A stretch of 61,557 bases of DNA, the filler included. It is 6 parts of 6 records of this genome, joined end to end, with 100 filler letters (N's around TTAATTAATTAA, not from the genome) between each part and the next. Parts side by side here need not be neighbours in the genome. Positions count along the whole stretch, not along the records: positions 8,927 to 15,509 come from SRR31156797_29513; positions 15,610 to 20,815 come from SRR31156797_29596; positions 20,916 to 34,856 come from SRR31156797_29601; 3 more parts are not named here. One strand, given 5' to 3'. Made by a program: the position numbers and the translations under genes. Below are positions 10,609 to 21,305 of this stretch, piece after piece. Position 1 is the stretch's first letter, and every line of letters begins with the position of its first letter. Below the pieces are notes generated by a model. It was not told the origin of the DNA. It searched no databases and saw only the letters and a list, made by a program, of their open reading frames with translations.

Positions 10609-13600
10609 ATGCCCACCCCTTCCGCAAAAAAAGTTATCATCATCGGATCCGGCCCGATTACCATTGGACACACAGGTGCCTACGACGACGCAGCCTGCCA
10701 GGCCTGCATGCTTTACCGTGAAGCGGGGTATCAAACCGTCCTGGTTCACTGTGACCCGTCTGCTTTGTCCGCCGATTTGGAAACGGCGGACCGAACGTAC
10801 CTGTTGCCTTTGACGGTCCAGTCCCTGGCTGAGGTGATGCGAAAGGAAAAGCCAGATACGCTTTTACCGACCGTTGGCGGCCCGCGGGCGTTGAGCCTTG
10901 TAAAAACCTTTGTCCAAAACAATTTTTTGAAGGAAAAGGGTATTGACCTTGCGGGCATATCTGAAAAAGCCCTTGCATCCATCGATGATCCAGCCGTTTT
11001 TTGTGACACCGTCCATCAGGTGGGCCTCACCACCCCGGACGGGCTTTCCACGACGGGTGTTGCCGATGCCGTCAAAAGTGCGGAAGGCATCGGGTACCCT
11101 TTATTTGCGAGGACTTACGATCCCGCAGGAAATTCGCGGCATGGTATCGTTTATAATGTGGAGGAGTTGCGAGCCCTCATTGCCGGCGGTCACCTTCGAG
11201 GTGATGCGCCTGGCAGCTGCAGAATCGAAGAGGCGCTTTCCGGGTACACCGAAATCGAAGTGGAACTGATGCGGGACAATAAAAACCGGGTGGTCTTGAG
11301 CCTGGTTGAAAACATTGAACCGGTCGGCATTCACAGCGGAGATTCCACAGCCGTCATCCCACCTTCGGCCATCGGCGGTTCACTCCAGGATAAAATAGAA
11401 AAAGCCGCCTGCAACCTCGCACAAGCCTTTGACGTAACAGGCGCAATGCATGTAAAGTTCGCCGTTTCCCCGAAAACGGATAAAATTTTCGTCTTGTCCG
11501 TGGACCCCTGCTTTTCCCGTACAACCGCATTTTGTTCCAAGGCTTCCGGAATATCTCTGTCCGCCGTCCATGTGAAGCTCAGCTTGGGTATGTCGCTGGA
11601 AGGGGCCTTGGGTGCCCTTGCATCGATTTCATCCCTTGTCCCCGCCGGTATCGTGGCGATCCGTCTTCCCCGTTGGGAATTCGGGCGGTTCCCGGGGGAA
11701 ACGGCGAAGCTGGATGCACGAATGAAATCAACCGGGGCCGTCATGGGAATCGGCAAGAACTTTTTGGAAGCGTTTCAAAAGTCAGTCCGGGCCCGCTCCC
11801 CCCAGAACCCTGTTCTGGGCCTCGATGCGGATCTGGCGCCTCTTCCATTGGATGTTCTGATGCGTCGAATGGTTTTGCCGTCTCCCGACTGGTTTTCCAT
11901 TCTTACGGAAGCCCTGAAGAAAGGTGCCGAATCCGGACCTATTTCCAACGTTACGGGCATCGCCTCCCATTGGATCGAACAGCTCGCCACGTTGAGTAAA
12001 CTGGAAAAAACCATTTCCGAAAACGGGGAGAAAAAGATTCCTGCTTCCCTGTTGACGGAAGCGGTTCGCAATGGTTTTTCATCAAGGGAACTCTCTTTGC
12101 TGGCAGGAATCTCCGAAAAAACGGCCCAGGAACTGTTGGAGGGTGCGGATCTCGATGTCGGCCCATGCCCGCCCCTCAAAGAGGAGGGTGGTACCGCCCG
12201 TGTATTGTTCACAAGCGTGACCGGAATGCTGCCCGGGTATACCCCCACCGGAAAAACGGTTCTTCTTGTGGGCCCAGGTCCCGGACGTATCGGACAAAGT
12301 GTTGAAATGGATCATTGCTGTTCACGGGCTGCCAAGGCGCTAAAAACCACCGATCTTCGTGTGGCGGTTGTCAATGGAAATCCCGGGTCCGCCTGCGGTT
12401 TGAAAAATGTCGATCGGACCTATGTTCAGCCACTTGCCTATCCAGACATTGAAACCGTTTGCAAGTTGGAAAAACCGCATGGGGTGATCCTCCAGTTCGG
12501 CGGATATCGAGCCATGTCAATGGCAAAGCGGTTGTCGGAGAAAGGCTATTCCGTTTTAGGGACTTCCCATGAACAAGTCGCCCTGACCCAGGATCGGCTC
12601 ACCTTCAACGGCCTGCTAAAGGAGTTGGGCATCGCCCATTCCCAAATGGGGGTGGCCGAAAGCCCGGAAGAAGCCATGGACATGGCCGAATCCATCGGTT
12701 ATCCGCTGATGGCCAGACCGCAGGTAAAAAACAAGTGGCGGCAGCGAACCATCATCATGGAGCCGAGGATGATGGAAAATTATGTAAAAAAAGTACCGAT
12801 TTCTACGGACGCACCCATTTTGCTGGAGCAGTTCCTGGAGTACGCCGTCGAAGTCGAAGCCGATGCGTTGAGTGACGGAAGCAGTGTATATGTTCCGGCG
12901 GTCATGGAGCACATTGAGCTTGCCGGCGTCCACTCCGGGGATGCCGCCATGGTGATCCCGCCTTACAGTACTCCGCCGCGCCATGTGGAAACCATTACAG
13001 CCTATATTCAAAAACTTGCTCTTAAAATAGGTGTAAAAGGCATCATCAATATCCGTTTCGCCGTGTATAATGACACGGTTTACCTTCTGGAGGCACGGCC
13101 TTGGGCGTGCCGAACCGTGCCGATGGTTTCCAAAATGTGCAATGTACCCATGGCTGAACGGGCTGTTGAGATCATGCTGGGAATGCGCTTGGAGGAGATG
13201 GACCTTCCCCGTCGCATCCTTCCCCACTATGGCATCCGTTCGTCGGTCTTTCCCTATACCACCTTTACGAAAACGGATCCTCTGTTAGGACCCCGCATGC
13301 GATCCACGGGCCAATCCATGGTCCTGTCCGAGGTATTCGGCATGGCCTATTTCAACTCCCAGGAAGCTGCCGGATCGGCCCTTCCCCTCACCGGAGACGT
13401 TTTGATAACGGTTACCGATGAAGACAAACCCAGTATCCTGGAACCCGTCCGTCTTTACAGTGAACTGGGCTTCGGCATTCAGGCTACGAGGGGAACACAC
13501 GCCTTTTTAAAGAAAAACGGTATCGACGCCAAGCTGGTGAAAAAGGTTGGCTTTGGTCGCCCTGATCTGGTGGACGGAATCAAAACCGGGGAAGTGGCGC

Positions 13601-13794
13601 TGGTGGTAAATACTCCCAGCGACCGCCAGAGCCACCAGGACGATGCCTACATTCGAAACACAGCCATCCGCTATGGTATTCCCAACATCACAACACCGGC
13701 CGGTGCGCTTGCCTCCGCCAAAGGAATCGCTGCACGAAAAAAGGGGCAGGATGCGTTGTGTACGCTGCAGTCGTATGTGCGGATGATACGGTAG
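10609..13794 (+). CDS. carB: Carbamoyl-phosphate synthase large-subunit homolog with degenerate ATP-grasp sites
   Basis: Full CarB architecture (IGSGPITIG, GIHSGDS, MKSTGAVMGIG, GVHSGDA, MGS domain); catalytic loops substituted; no adjacent carA. Confidence 0.85.
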   Translation: MPTPSAKKVIIIGSGPITIGHTGAYDDAACQACMLYREAGYQTVLVHCDPSALSADLETADRTYLLPLTVQSLAEVMRKEKPDTLLPTVGGPRALSLVKTFVQNNFLKEKGIDLAGISEKALASIDDPAVFCDTVHQVGLTTPDGLSTTGVADAVKSAEGIGYPLFARTYDPAGNSRHGIVYNVEELRALIAGGHLRGDAPGSCRIEEALSGYTEIEVELMRDNKNRVVLSLVENIEPVGIHSGDSTAVIPPSAIGGSLQDKIEKAACNLAQAFDVTGAMHVKFAVSPKTDKIFVLSVDPCFSRTTAFCSKASGISLSAVHVKLSLGMSLEGALGALASISSLVPAGIVAIRLPRWEFGRFPGETAKLDARMKSTGAVMGIGKNFLEAFQKSVRARSPQNPVLGLDADLAPLPLDVLMRRMVLPSPDWFSILTEALKKGAESGPISNVTGIASHWIEQLATLSKLEKTISENGEKKIPASLLTEAVRNGFSSRELSLLAGISEKTAQELLEGADLDVGPCPPLKEEGGTARVLFTSVTGMLPGYTPTGKTVLLVGPGPGRIGQSVEMDHCCSRAAKALKTTDLRVAVVNGNPGSACGLKNVDRTYVQPLAYPDIETVCKLEKPHGVILQFGGYRAMSMAKRLSEKGYSVLGTSHEQVALTQDRLTFNGLLKELGIAHSQMGVAESPEEAMDMAESIGYPLMARPQVKNKWRQRTIIMEPRMMENYVKKVPISTDAPILLEQFLEYAVEVEADALSDGSSVYVPAVMEHIELAGVHSGDAAMVIPPYSTPPRHVETITAYIQKLALKIGVKGIINIRFAVYNDTVYLLEARPWACRTVPMVSKMCNVPMAERAVEIMLGMRLEEMDLPRRILPHYGIRSSVFPYTTFTKTDPLLGPRMRSTGQSMVLSEVFGMAYFNSQEAAGSALPLTGDVLITVTDEDKPSILEPVRLYSELGFGIQATRGTHAFLKKNGIDAKLVKKVGFGRPDLVDGIKTGEVALVVNTPSDRQSHQDDAYIRNTAIRYGIPNITTPAGALASAKGIAARKKGQDALCTLQSYVRMIR

Positions 13795-13854
13795 GATACG
13801 AGTGGGTTGGGTTTGCTAAATGAATTGAAATGGTTGTAGGCTATTGACGAAGAT

Positions 13855-14553
13855 CTACCTCCTGTCCCCAATCTTCGGGATCAGCCACACCAGACTCCGT
13901 TTTGCCTTGAGATAAGGCAACGTGTAAGGAACCGTACACGTATAAAAAACGGTATTGCCCAAAGAAACCGTGCCGTCATCCGCAGGTTTTGGCAATTCAT
14001 GGCCATGTTCCGCCTTAGGTCCCTTGAGCGCCAGAAGACGACCGCCTTTGCGTAAAAACGGTAACGTCAACGAAACGAATGTTTCCATGGAAGAGAAAGC
14101 CCGACAAATCACCATGTCGAATTTGGCGCGATATTGGGGAGAGCGCCCCAGGTCTTCCAACCGGCCATGCACGGCGTGAATGTCCTTCAGTTTTAGTGTA
14201 CGAATGGTGTGTTTGAGAAAAGAGACTTTCTTGCGTACACTATCCACCAATGTCATTGAAACGTCGGATCGAAGAATTTTTATGGGAATCCCGGGAAATC
14301 CCCCCCCGGATCCGGCATCCAGAATCCGGATACCGTCCCCGATCAGTGGCGCAGGGGCAACCGCGTCCACATAGTGCTTGACGGCAACCTCCTGCGGATC
14401 GGTTATGGCCGTCAGATTTACGGAACGGTTCCACTGCATCAGCTCTTTGGCATGTTGCTCCAATTGAAAAACCTGATGGGTGGAGATGCTGACGCCCAGT
14501 TCCAATGCACCGTCCACCACCAACTCGCGCCATCTGTCAGAATCGATCTCCAC
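13855..14553 (-). CDS. rsmG: 16S rRNA m7G527 methyltransferase RsmG/GidB (GTG start after GGAG)
   Basis: WNRSVNLTAI, KHYVDA, LDAGSGGGFPGIP, DSVRKKVSFL, CRAFS, LALKGP. Confidence 0.95.
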   Translation of the reverse strand: MEIDSDRWRELVVDGALELGVSISTHQVFQLEQHAKELMQWNRSVNLTAITDPQEVAVKHYVDAVAPAPLIGDGIRILDAGSGGGFPGIPIKILRSDVSMTLVDSVRKKVSFLKHTIRTLKLKDIHAVHGRLEDLGRSPQYRAKFDMVICRAFSSMETFVSLTLPFLRKGGRLLALKGPKAEHGHELPKPADDGTVSLGNTVFYTCTVPYTLPYLKAKRSLVWLIPKIGDRR

Positions 14554-14569
14554 TTGTCGCTCCAAATTC

Positions 14570-15509
14570 TCATTCAGGTTTGACACCCTTGATAATACCT
14601 GAATCATTTGTCCCTGTAAAATCCAACCGTTGCCTATCCGTCAAACCCGCAGCTCCAAGCATAAGAAAAAGTTCCTCCTCACTGTAGGTCTTCCCTGCCC
14701 TGGTCCCCAGCAGCATGTTCAGGGAAAACAGAGCGGGGAACAACGGACCGTCCTTTGTATTGTCCAAAATGAAATCATGAATCAAAACAATTCCGCCGGG
14801 GTTCAACCGTTGGACTGCACGATCGATAATTCGCCGGCAGTCCACAGGGGACTCACCATGAAAAATGTGGGACATCCAGACCGCATCATAGGACCCGGGC
14901 AGGTCATCATGCAAAAAATCTCCGGCAGCAAAGGTGATTCGATCCTTCATTCCCATCTTCCGGATGGTTTTTTCGGCAAAAGGGCGGGTGGTCGGTAGAT
15001 CCATAACCGTAGCGACCAGATCTGGATTGTATCGGCAAAAATGAATGGCATAGGTCCCCGGCCCACCTCCCAAATCCAGCAGGGTTTTACATCGGGAAAG
15101 GTCAACGGCGGGCACCAAGACCGGTGCCAGCTGGTTGGCGAGGTTGAACATTCCCATCAAAAATGCCTCTCTGGGCCCCTCTTCTTTCTCCCGCACGGGT
15201 AACCGGACAGGTCTGTTTTCAACAACGGCCTCCGGCAATCGGGCCCAGGATTCCACCAGGTGGTGGTGGTGTTTAATGATGTATCCGATGTATCCCTTGG
15301 AATCGGAGCAAAGATAGGTTCTGGATTCTTTCGTGTTCGCATACATCCCATCGGTTTTCGCCAGCAGTCCCATGGCGCATAGGGCATCCAGCAGCCGGCC
15401 AAGACTGTCAGACGGCACGTCCATCTTCTCCGCCAGGGCTTTGCAATCCAACGGATCGTCCCCGATCAGGGTGAAGAGTTCCAAAGCCACTGCACCTTGA
15501 AGCGCACAG
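14570..15509 (-). CDS. SAM-dependent O-methyltransferase (Methyltransf_2 with dimerisation domain), 5' end cut
   Basis: LLDLGGGPGTYA, DLPTT, AGDFLHD, SHIFH, LNPGGIVLIHDF. Confidence 0.88.
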
Positions 15510-15609
15510 NNNNNNNNNNNNNNNNNNNNNNNNNNNNNNNNNNNNNNNNNNNNTTAATTAATTAANNNNNNNNNNNNNNNNNNNNNNNNNNNNNNNNNNN
15601 NNNNNNNNN
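15510..15609. other. Artificial contig spacer
   Basis: N44-TTAATTAATTAA-N44. Confidence 0.99.
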
Positions 15610-15909
15610 TTTGCCGGGCCCTGTGCTGCCCTTTTCCGGAAGGCGTTCAAAGGGCCCTCGCATTTGTGCTGCCTGGGCAGCCGAATATTCGCCTATATAG
15701 GGATTAGCACCGTTGGCGAAGCGAAGTTCACTCAGGATATGTTCAATATTTTTTCTGCTGTACTGAACATATTGACTGAAGGGCAAATCCGGATCCGAAG
15801 GAACGCCGGCCGGACTGCCGGTTTCTTTCAGAAAAGAAGGTTTCGGAGCGCAGGAAGCAAAAACAAACAAAAAAAGAACAAAAAAACCGTATATTTTAGA
15901 TCTGAACAT
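15610..15909 (-). CDS. Lipoprotein N-terminus, cut by contig end
   Basis: AGGAG RBS; MFRSKIYGFFVLFLFVFASC with lipobox FASC. Confidence 0.65.
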
Positions 15910-16166
15910 GTTGATTCTCCTTTGAAAGAGTTCATCCGACCTATGGCCATGGAAATGGGTTCGGTGAGTCATCTATCCATGTCTCTGGTGCCTTAATGAG
16001 TCTGGCAATGCCTATCATTTTATGGTAGCTTTCACGATCAGGCAACCCCGGAAAGTGTTCACGACCCGTTTCAAAGGAACAATTCAACATCAGTTCAACT
16101 GATCGTGTATCCGGAAAACCAAGTTGTAGCAGGATTATAGCTGAACAAATAAAAAAGGAAAGAGCT

Positions 16167-17267
16167 ATGATGAAGCTGAAAAAAAAGGAACTCAAAGACA
16201 TCGCCAACGGCGCGTGCCTGCTGGCGAGTGGGGGCGGGGGAACCATCCAGGCCCCGGAATGGATCATCCCGGAAATTTTAAAAATTGCCAAGCATGTGGA
16301 CCTGATTGGTCTTGACGAAGTGGCACCCAAATCCTCGGGAGCCGTGGCGGTCTGCATGGGATCTCCCCTGGCACTTAAAGCGGTCGGCTTTCACGGTTCG
16401 GTCTTCAGGGCCTGGGATCTTTTGGAGCAAACCCTGGACCGGAAATTTTCCTTTTCTATTCCCGGGGAGATTGGGTCGGTCAACACCCTGATAGCCATGC
16501 TTACGGCGGTTAAACAAGGGATACCGGCATTGGACGCCGACGGTTCGGGACGGGCTGTCCCCACCCTGTCCATGACCACCTATGCCCAGCCTATTCCCAT
16601 TTCCCCCTTTACCATTGCCAACGAGGCCGCATCCGGGTTCCACGAACCTGACGCCCGGGCTGTCCTATACGGCAAGACCCCCACAGACATAGAAAATATG
16701 GCCAGGCCCTTTATCTCCATTCCCGGAGAGTTTGACCAGACCGCAGGCGTGGCTGGTTGGGCCATGGGACAAAAGGAGATAGAGACAAAAAAACCTCTGA
16801 TCTGGGGAACCGTTACAAGGGCCCGTAAAATGGGCAAAGCCCTGCGCAAACATAAAGACCCCATGGCTGCTTTGGAATGTGTGCTGGGTAAGGATGTCTC
16901 CTTGATCATTCAGGGGAAATTAACCCAGATTGTCCAGGCGGCATCCGGCGGGTTTGACCGGGGCGTTTTGACCTTTGAGGACGGAAAAAAGACCATCCAT
17001 GTGGTCAACCAGAATGAAAACATGATCGCCTGGGATGCCGATACCGCCCGCCCGGTGGCCATGGCCCCGGACGGCATCGGCTATGTGAACAAAAATGGCC
17101 AGGCCCTGTCCAATGCTGATCTTAAAAAGGGAGACAAGGTCTATGTGGTGGGCGTCAGGGCCCAGGAGCGGCTCAGGACCGATGCCTATCTCAAAGCCCA
17201 GTTCCTGGCCGGCTTGAAGAACGTCGGGTACTATGGAAAATATATTCCCATTGAAGACCTGACTTAA
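16167..17267 (+). CDS. DUF917 family protein (thiohydantoin desulfurase-like)
   Basis: GACLLASGGGG, MGSP, EIGSVN, LDADGSGRAVP, NQNENMIAW, AMAPDGI. Confidence 0.85.
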   Translation: MMKLKKKELKDIANGACLLASGGGGTIQAPEWIIPEILKIAKHVDLIGLDEVAPKSSGAVAVCMGSPLALKAVGFHGSVFRAWDLLEQTLDRKFSFSIPGEIGSVNTLIAMLTAVKQGIPALDADGSGRAVPTLSMTTYAQPIPISPFTIANEAASGFHEPDARAVLYGKTPTDIENMARPFISIPGEFDQTAGVAGWAMGQKEIETKKPLIWGTVTRARKMGKALRKHKDPMAALECVLGKDVSLIIQGKLTQIVQAASGGFDRGVLTFEDGKKTIHVVNQNENMIAWDADTARPVAMAPDGIGYVNKNGQALSNADLKKGDKVYVVGVRAQERLRTDAYLKAQFLAGLKNVGYYGKYIPIEDLT

Positions 17268-17288
17268 CCCATCTGCCACGGAGGAATC

Positions 17289-18005
17289 ATGAAGATCAAG
17301 ATCATTGTGCCACTGGCCACGGATGAGTACAATGCCGGCGTTAAAGCAGAGGTGGATACGGTAAAGGCCCCGGACTGCAGCATCAGTATCGAGAACTTAA
17401 AAAAAGGCCCCCGGTCCATTGAAGGCCGATATGACGCCTTCCTTGCCGGACCGGATATCGTCAAAATCGCCTGTAATGCCCAGGATCAGGGGTTTGACGG
17501 CATCTTTATCGATTGCTTTGGCGAGCCTCTGGTGCCAACAGTCCGGGAGTTGGTGGATATCCCTGTGATTGGGGGATTCGGAGGAGCCCTCATGGCGGCC
17601 AATATGATCTCCCAAAAATTTTCCATCATCAATGTGCTGGACAGAGTCGTGGCCATGAACCGGACCCTGGTCAGGGATTACGGTATGGAGCAAAATATCG
17701 CCTCCATGCCGGTGATCGGGATGCCGGTTAAGGCACTCAAAGATAAAAAAAAGCTGACAAAGCGGCTGGTGGCAGTAAGTTTGGAGGCCATCGAGACCCA
17801 TGGGGCCCAGGCTATCGTTCTGGGATGCACCGGGATGCTGGATGTAGCCAAGGGGGTGGCCCGGATACTGAAAGAAGAGGGGCAACCCGCTCCGGTAATT
17901 GATCCCACCACAACCGCAGTTACCCTGCTTCAGTCCCTGATACGAAACGATCTTTCCCAAAGCCGGTTGACCTATTTCAAACCAGAGGAGCAACAAGCGC
18001 TTTAG
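17289..18005 (+). CDS. Hydantoin/allantoin racemase (Asp/Glu racemase family)
   Basis: GPRSIEG, two catalytic-type Cys in IDCFGEP and VLGCTGM, PVIDP; GGAGG RBS. Confidence 0.88.
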   Translation: MKIKIIVPLATDEYNAGVKAEVDTVKAPDCSISIENLKKGPRSIEGRYDAFLAGPDIVKIACNAQDQGFDGIFIDCFGEPLVPTVRELVDIPVIGGFGGALMAANMISQKFSIINVLDRVVAMNRTLVRDYGMEQNIASMPVIGMPVKALKDKKKLTKRLVAVSLEAIETHGAQAIVLGCTGMLDVAKGVARILKEEGQPAPVIDPTTTAVTLLQSLIRNDLSQSRLTYFKPEEQQAL

Positions 18006-20815
18006 ATGACGGTATTTTTCAGGGGACAGCGGCGTAAAAAGGGGACTTGTCTCGTCCATGGGCGGCTGGAAAGCTTTGGCCTATTTTTAATCCCGATCGT
18101 GGTTTTGATCTTCTGCTGCCCATGCGTATCATTGGCCCTCAGGGCTATGTTCTCCCATCCCTTTGATACAGAATCTTATAATTGCGGCCTTACCCAGGAC
18201 AGTGATGGGTTTATCTGGGTGGGCACCCCCGAAGGGATAGTCCGGTGGGACGGGTATGAGATGAAGCGGTTCTCATCCGGCCCCAAGTCCCTCAGCAACG
18301 ACATTGCGCCCTGTGTGTTCGCCGACAGTTCCGGTCTGAGGATCTGGGTGACCACCATGGGGGGGGGATTAAATTGTTACGATAAGCAGCTTAACCGATT
18401 CATTTATTTCCGATATGATCCCGACAATCCGGCCAGCATCAGTTCAGACTTTTTCAACTGGGCCCCCAGGACTATTGCAGAAGACCAGGACGGAAAAATC
18501 TGGGTGGGGACACAGAAAGGCCTGAACCGTTACGATCCCCTTGAAAAAACCTTTGCCCGCTACCTTCCCGAACCCGGGAACCCCAACAGCCTGAGCCACG
18601 GAAATATTTTCACGGTCTTTGTCGACCGGGAGAACAAAATCTGGATTGGCACCAAAGCCGGAGGGCTGAATCGCTTGGATAAAGAAACAGGACGGGTCAC
18701 CCGGATTTCCCTATGGGCTTTGGGGCAGCAATCCTTGGACGCCCCAGACAATTCTGGGACCGGGTGCATCAACAGTATCATCCAGGGGCCAAAAGGATTC
18801 CTCTGGATCGGCACCGCCAAAGCCGGACTTTTTCGTCTGGATACCCAGACCCTTGAGACCCGGCAATTTGCCCATGATCCCCATAAAGCGCAGGGGTTGA
18901 ACAGCAACTATGTCTATGCGCTCATGTCCGACGACAAGGGCAATATCTGGATTTCCCACTCCTATACCGCCCCTGTTGGGATGGAAATCTTTAACACTGA
19001 CTCTGAGACATTCACATCCCTGCGTCATAATCCAGATAATCCCCTGAGCCCCAGTGGCGACAAAATTATGGACCTTTTTAAAGACCGCCAAGGCATCATC
19101 TGGACGGTAGAAAATACAGGCCCTGTGGATGCATGGGACAGCTTTGCCCACCAGTTTGCCGTCTACGCCCACAATTCCAGGGACAACAAAAGCCTGAGAT
19201 CCAACTCAGTGATCATGCTCTACCAGGACAGCCGGAACACCATCTGGGTTGCCGGCGGGAGTCAAGGCGGGCTTTCCCGATTCAACCCCGGGACAGATAA
19301 CTTTTCCAAGGCAGGTTTGATTGAACAAAAAATCCTTGCCCTTTCTTCGGTATATTCGGTGTGCGAAGGCAGCGCCGGACGGTTATGGGTGGGGTCGGGT
19401 GACGGAACTTTGAATGTATACAACCGGGAGAATCGAACCATAGAAGCAACTTACCAGAATCCTCTGGTTAACGTGGCGCCGCCCAGGAGCCTTATACAGG
19501 ACAGCCGTAATCCGCACCTGCTCTGGTTCGGCACCCAGGAAAACGGGCTCTTCCGGTTTAATAAAAAAAATGGCAGGTTCCGGCAGTTTGTCCATGACCC
19601 TGCCGACCCACGGAGCCTGAGTAACAACGTGGTTCTCAACCTGGTTGAGGATAGGAAAGGAGCCCTATGGGTTTGTACAAACGCCGGGCTGAACCGTTAC
19701 AACCCCGTAACAAAAACCTTTGACCGATTTATGAAAGGAAAAGGCGGCCTTCGAGGGAACAATATTAATGACTGCCATGAGGATGCAAAGGGCCGTTTCT
19801 GGGTGAGTACCGAAGACGGGGGTCTTCATCTTCTTGACAGGAAAATCGGGGGGATTACCCCTATGACACAAGAGCAGGGTCTTCCCTACGGAGCCATACG
19901 GGCCATACTGGAAGATGACAGAGGACGGCTCTGGCTGAGCTCTGATAAAGGACTGTATCTTTTTGATACCAAGGACCGGAAGGTCCTGGCCAATTACGCA
20001 GCAAAAGACGGGCTCCAGGGAGACAGGTTCAGTGTCTATGCCACTAGTGCGCTGAAAAGCCGGGAGGGAGAATTGTGGTTTTCCGGCCTTTCAGGGGTGA
20101 ACCGTTTCCACCCGGACCGGATCATGAAAAACCCCTATGTCCCGCCGGTGATGCTCATTTCCCTTGAACAGGCAGGACGACCCCTTTGCACCGGAAAGGC
20201 CACGGAAATCATTCAGAGTATCCATCTGCCCTGGCATAAGAATTTTTTTGAATTTGGATTTTCAGTCCTGAATTTTACCCGTCCCGTAAACAATGAATAT
20301 GCCTATTTTCTTGAAGGGTTTGAAACCCAATGGAACCGGACCGGAACCCGGCGGTACGGAAAGTATACCAACTTACCCGGGGGAACCTATACCCTGCAGC
20401 TGTTCGGCAGCAACAACAATGGGGTATGGAACAAAAAGGGCAAGGCCATCAAAATTCAGGTGGACAAGCCGCCCTGGAAGCGGACCTGGGCCTATGTGGC
20501 CTACTTTGTTGTCTGCATTGGGATCTGGCTCGGGGGCAGTCGGCTGGCCCACAAAGGGGTAGAAAAAAAAATAAAGGGCCAAGCGGAAGAGCTAAAAAAG
20601 GAAAAACAGATCATCGAGCAGCTCCTTGCCATTGACAAAATGAAATCCGAGTTGCTCAAAAAGCAGGACCAGGTCGAGAACGAACTTGTCAAAAGCAAGC
20701 TGAAATTAGAAGAGATGGTGAAGGAGCGGACCCAGGACCTCAAGGCTGCAAAGGAGAAGGCCGAGGCTGCCAGCCAGGCCAAGGACGAATTCCTGGCAAA
20801 CATGAGCCATGAAAT
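18006..20815 (+). CDS. Sensor histidine kinase with beta-propeller (Reg_prop) repeats and Y_Y_Y domain, cut at the H-box
   Basis: Repeated DxxGxIWVGT blades, YTNLPGGTYTL, TM helix, coiled coil, AKDEFLANMSHE. Confidence 0.9.
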
Positions 20816-20915
20816 NNNNNNNNNNNNNNNNNNNNNNNNNNNNNNNNNNNNNNNNNNNNTTAATTAATTAANNNNNNNNNNNNNNNNNNNNNNNNNNNNN
20901 NNNNNNNNNNNNNNN
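20816..20915. other. Artificial contig spacer
   Basis: N44-TTAATTAATTAA-N44. Confidence 0.99.
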
Positions 20916-20960
20916 TAGCAGGGGTAGGACTCGAACCTACGGCCTCCGGGTTATGAGCCG
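20916..20960 (-). tRNA. 3' half of initiator-type tRNA-Met(CAT); displaced att fragment, not a full gene
   Basis: Reverse complement CGGCTCATAACCCGGAGGCCGTAGGTTCGAGTCCTACCCCTGCTA has anticodon loop, T-arm and 3' acceptor strand; D-arm and 5' strand absent. Confidence 0.85.
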
Positions 20961-21305
20961 CAGTAGTGCTTTTTATTATTTTTTTTGTCTATCTCTATAT
21001 ATAGTCGTATTTTAGGTTTTCTAATTCAAGAGTGGAATCCCATGGATTGTCATGATTTGCCAGGTGTAATCAGGAGTTTGGTGTCAGTTTTTTGGTTATT
21101 GTATTGTCGGATCTCAATCAACCTTAAATCTAATTTTGAATAGTCACGGTAACCTTTTATATATTGGGGTTTCATTCTAAAACCTGTATAAAGATTCCGA
21201 ATAGTTGGCATCAAATAACCTACTTTATCATATTAGACAGCAGATAAATAATCATGGTATTCTTTTACATATAGATCTATGTGATAACTGTAAAAGGAAC
21301 GATCA

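Noticed and set aside
18359-18367. G9 tract in the sensor kinase
   Set aside because: Encodes the typical MGGG blade motif in a GC-richer gene; no other sign of phase variation.
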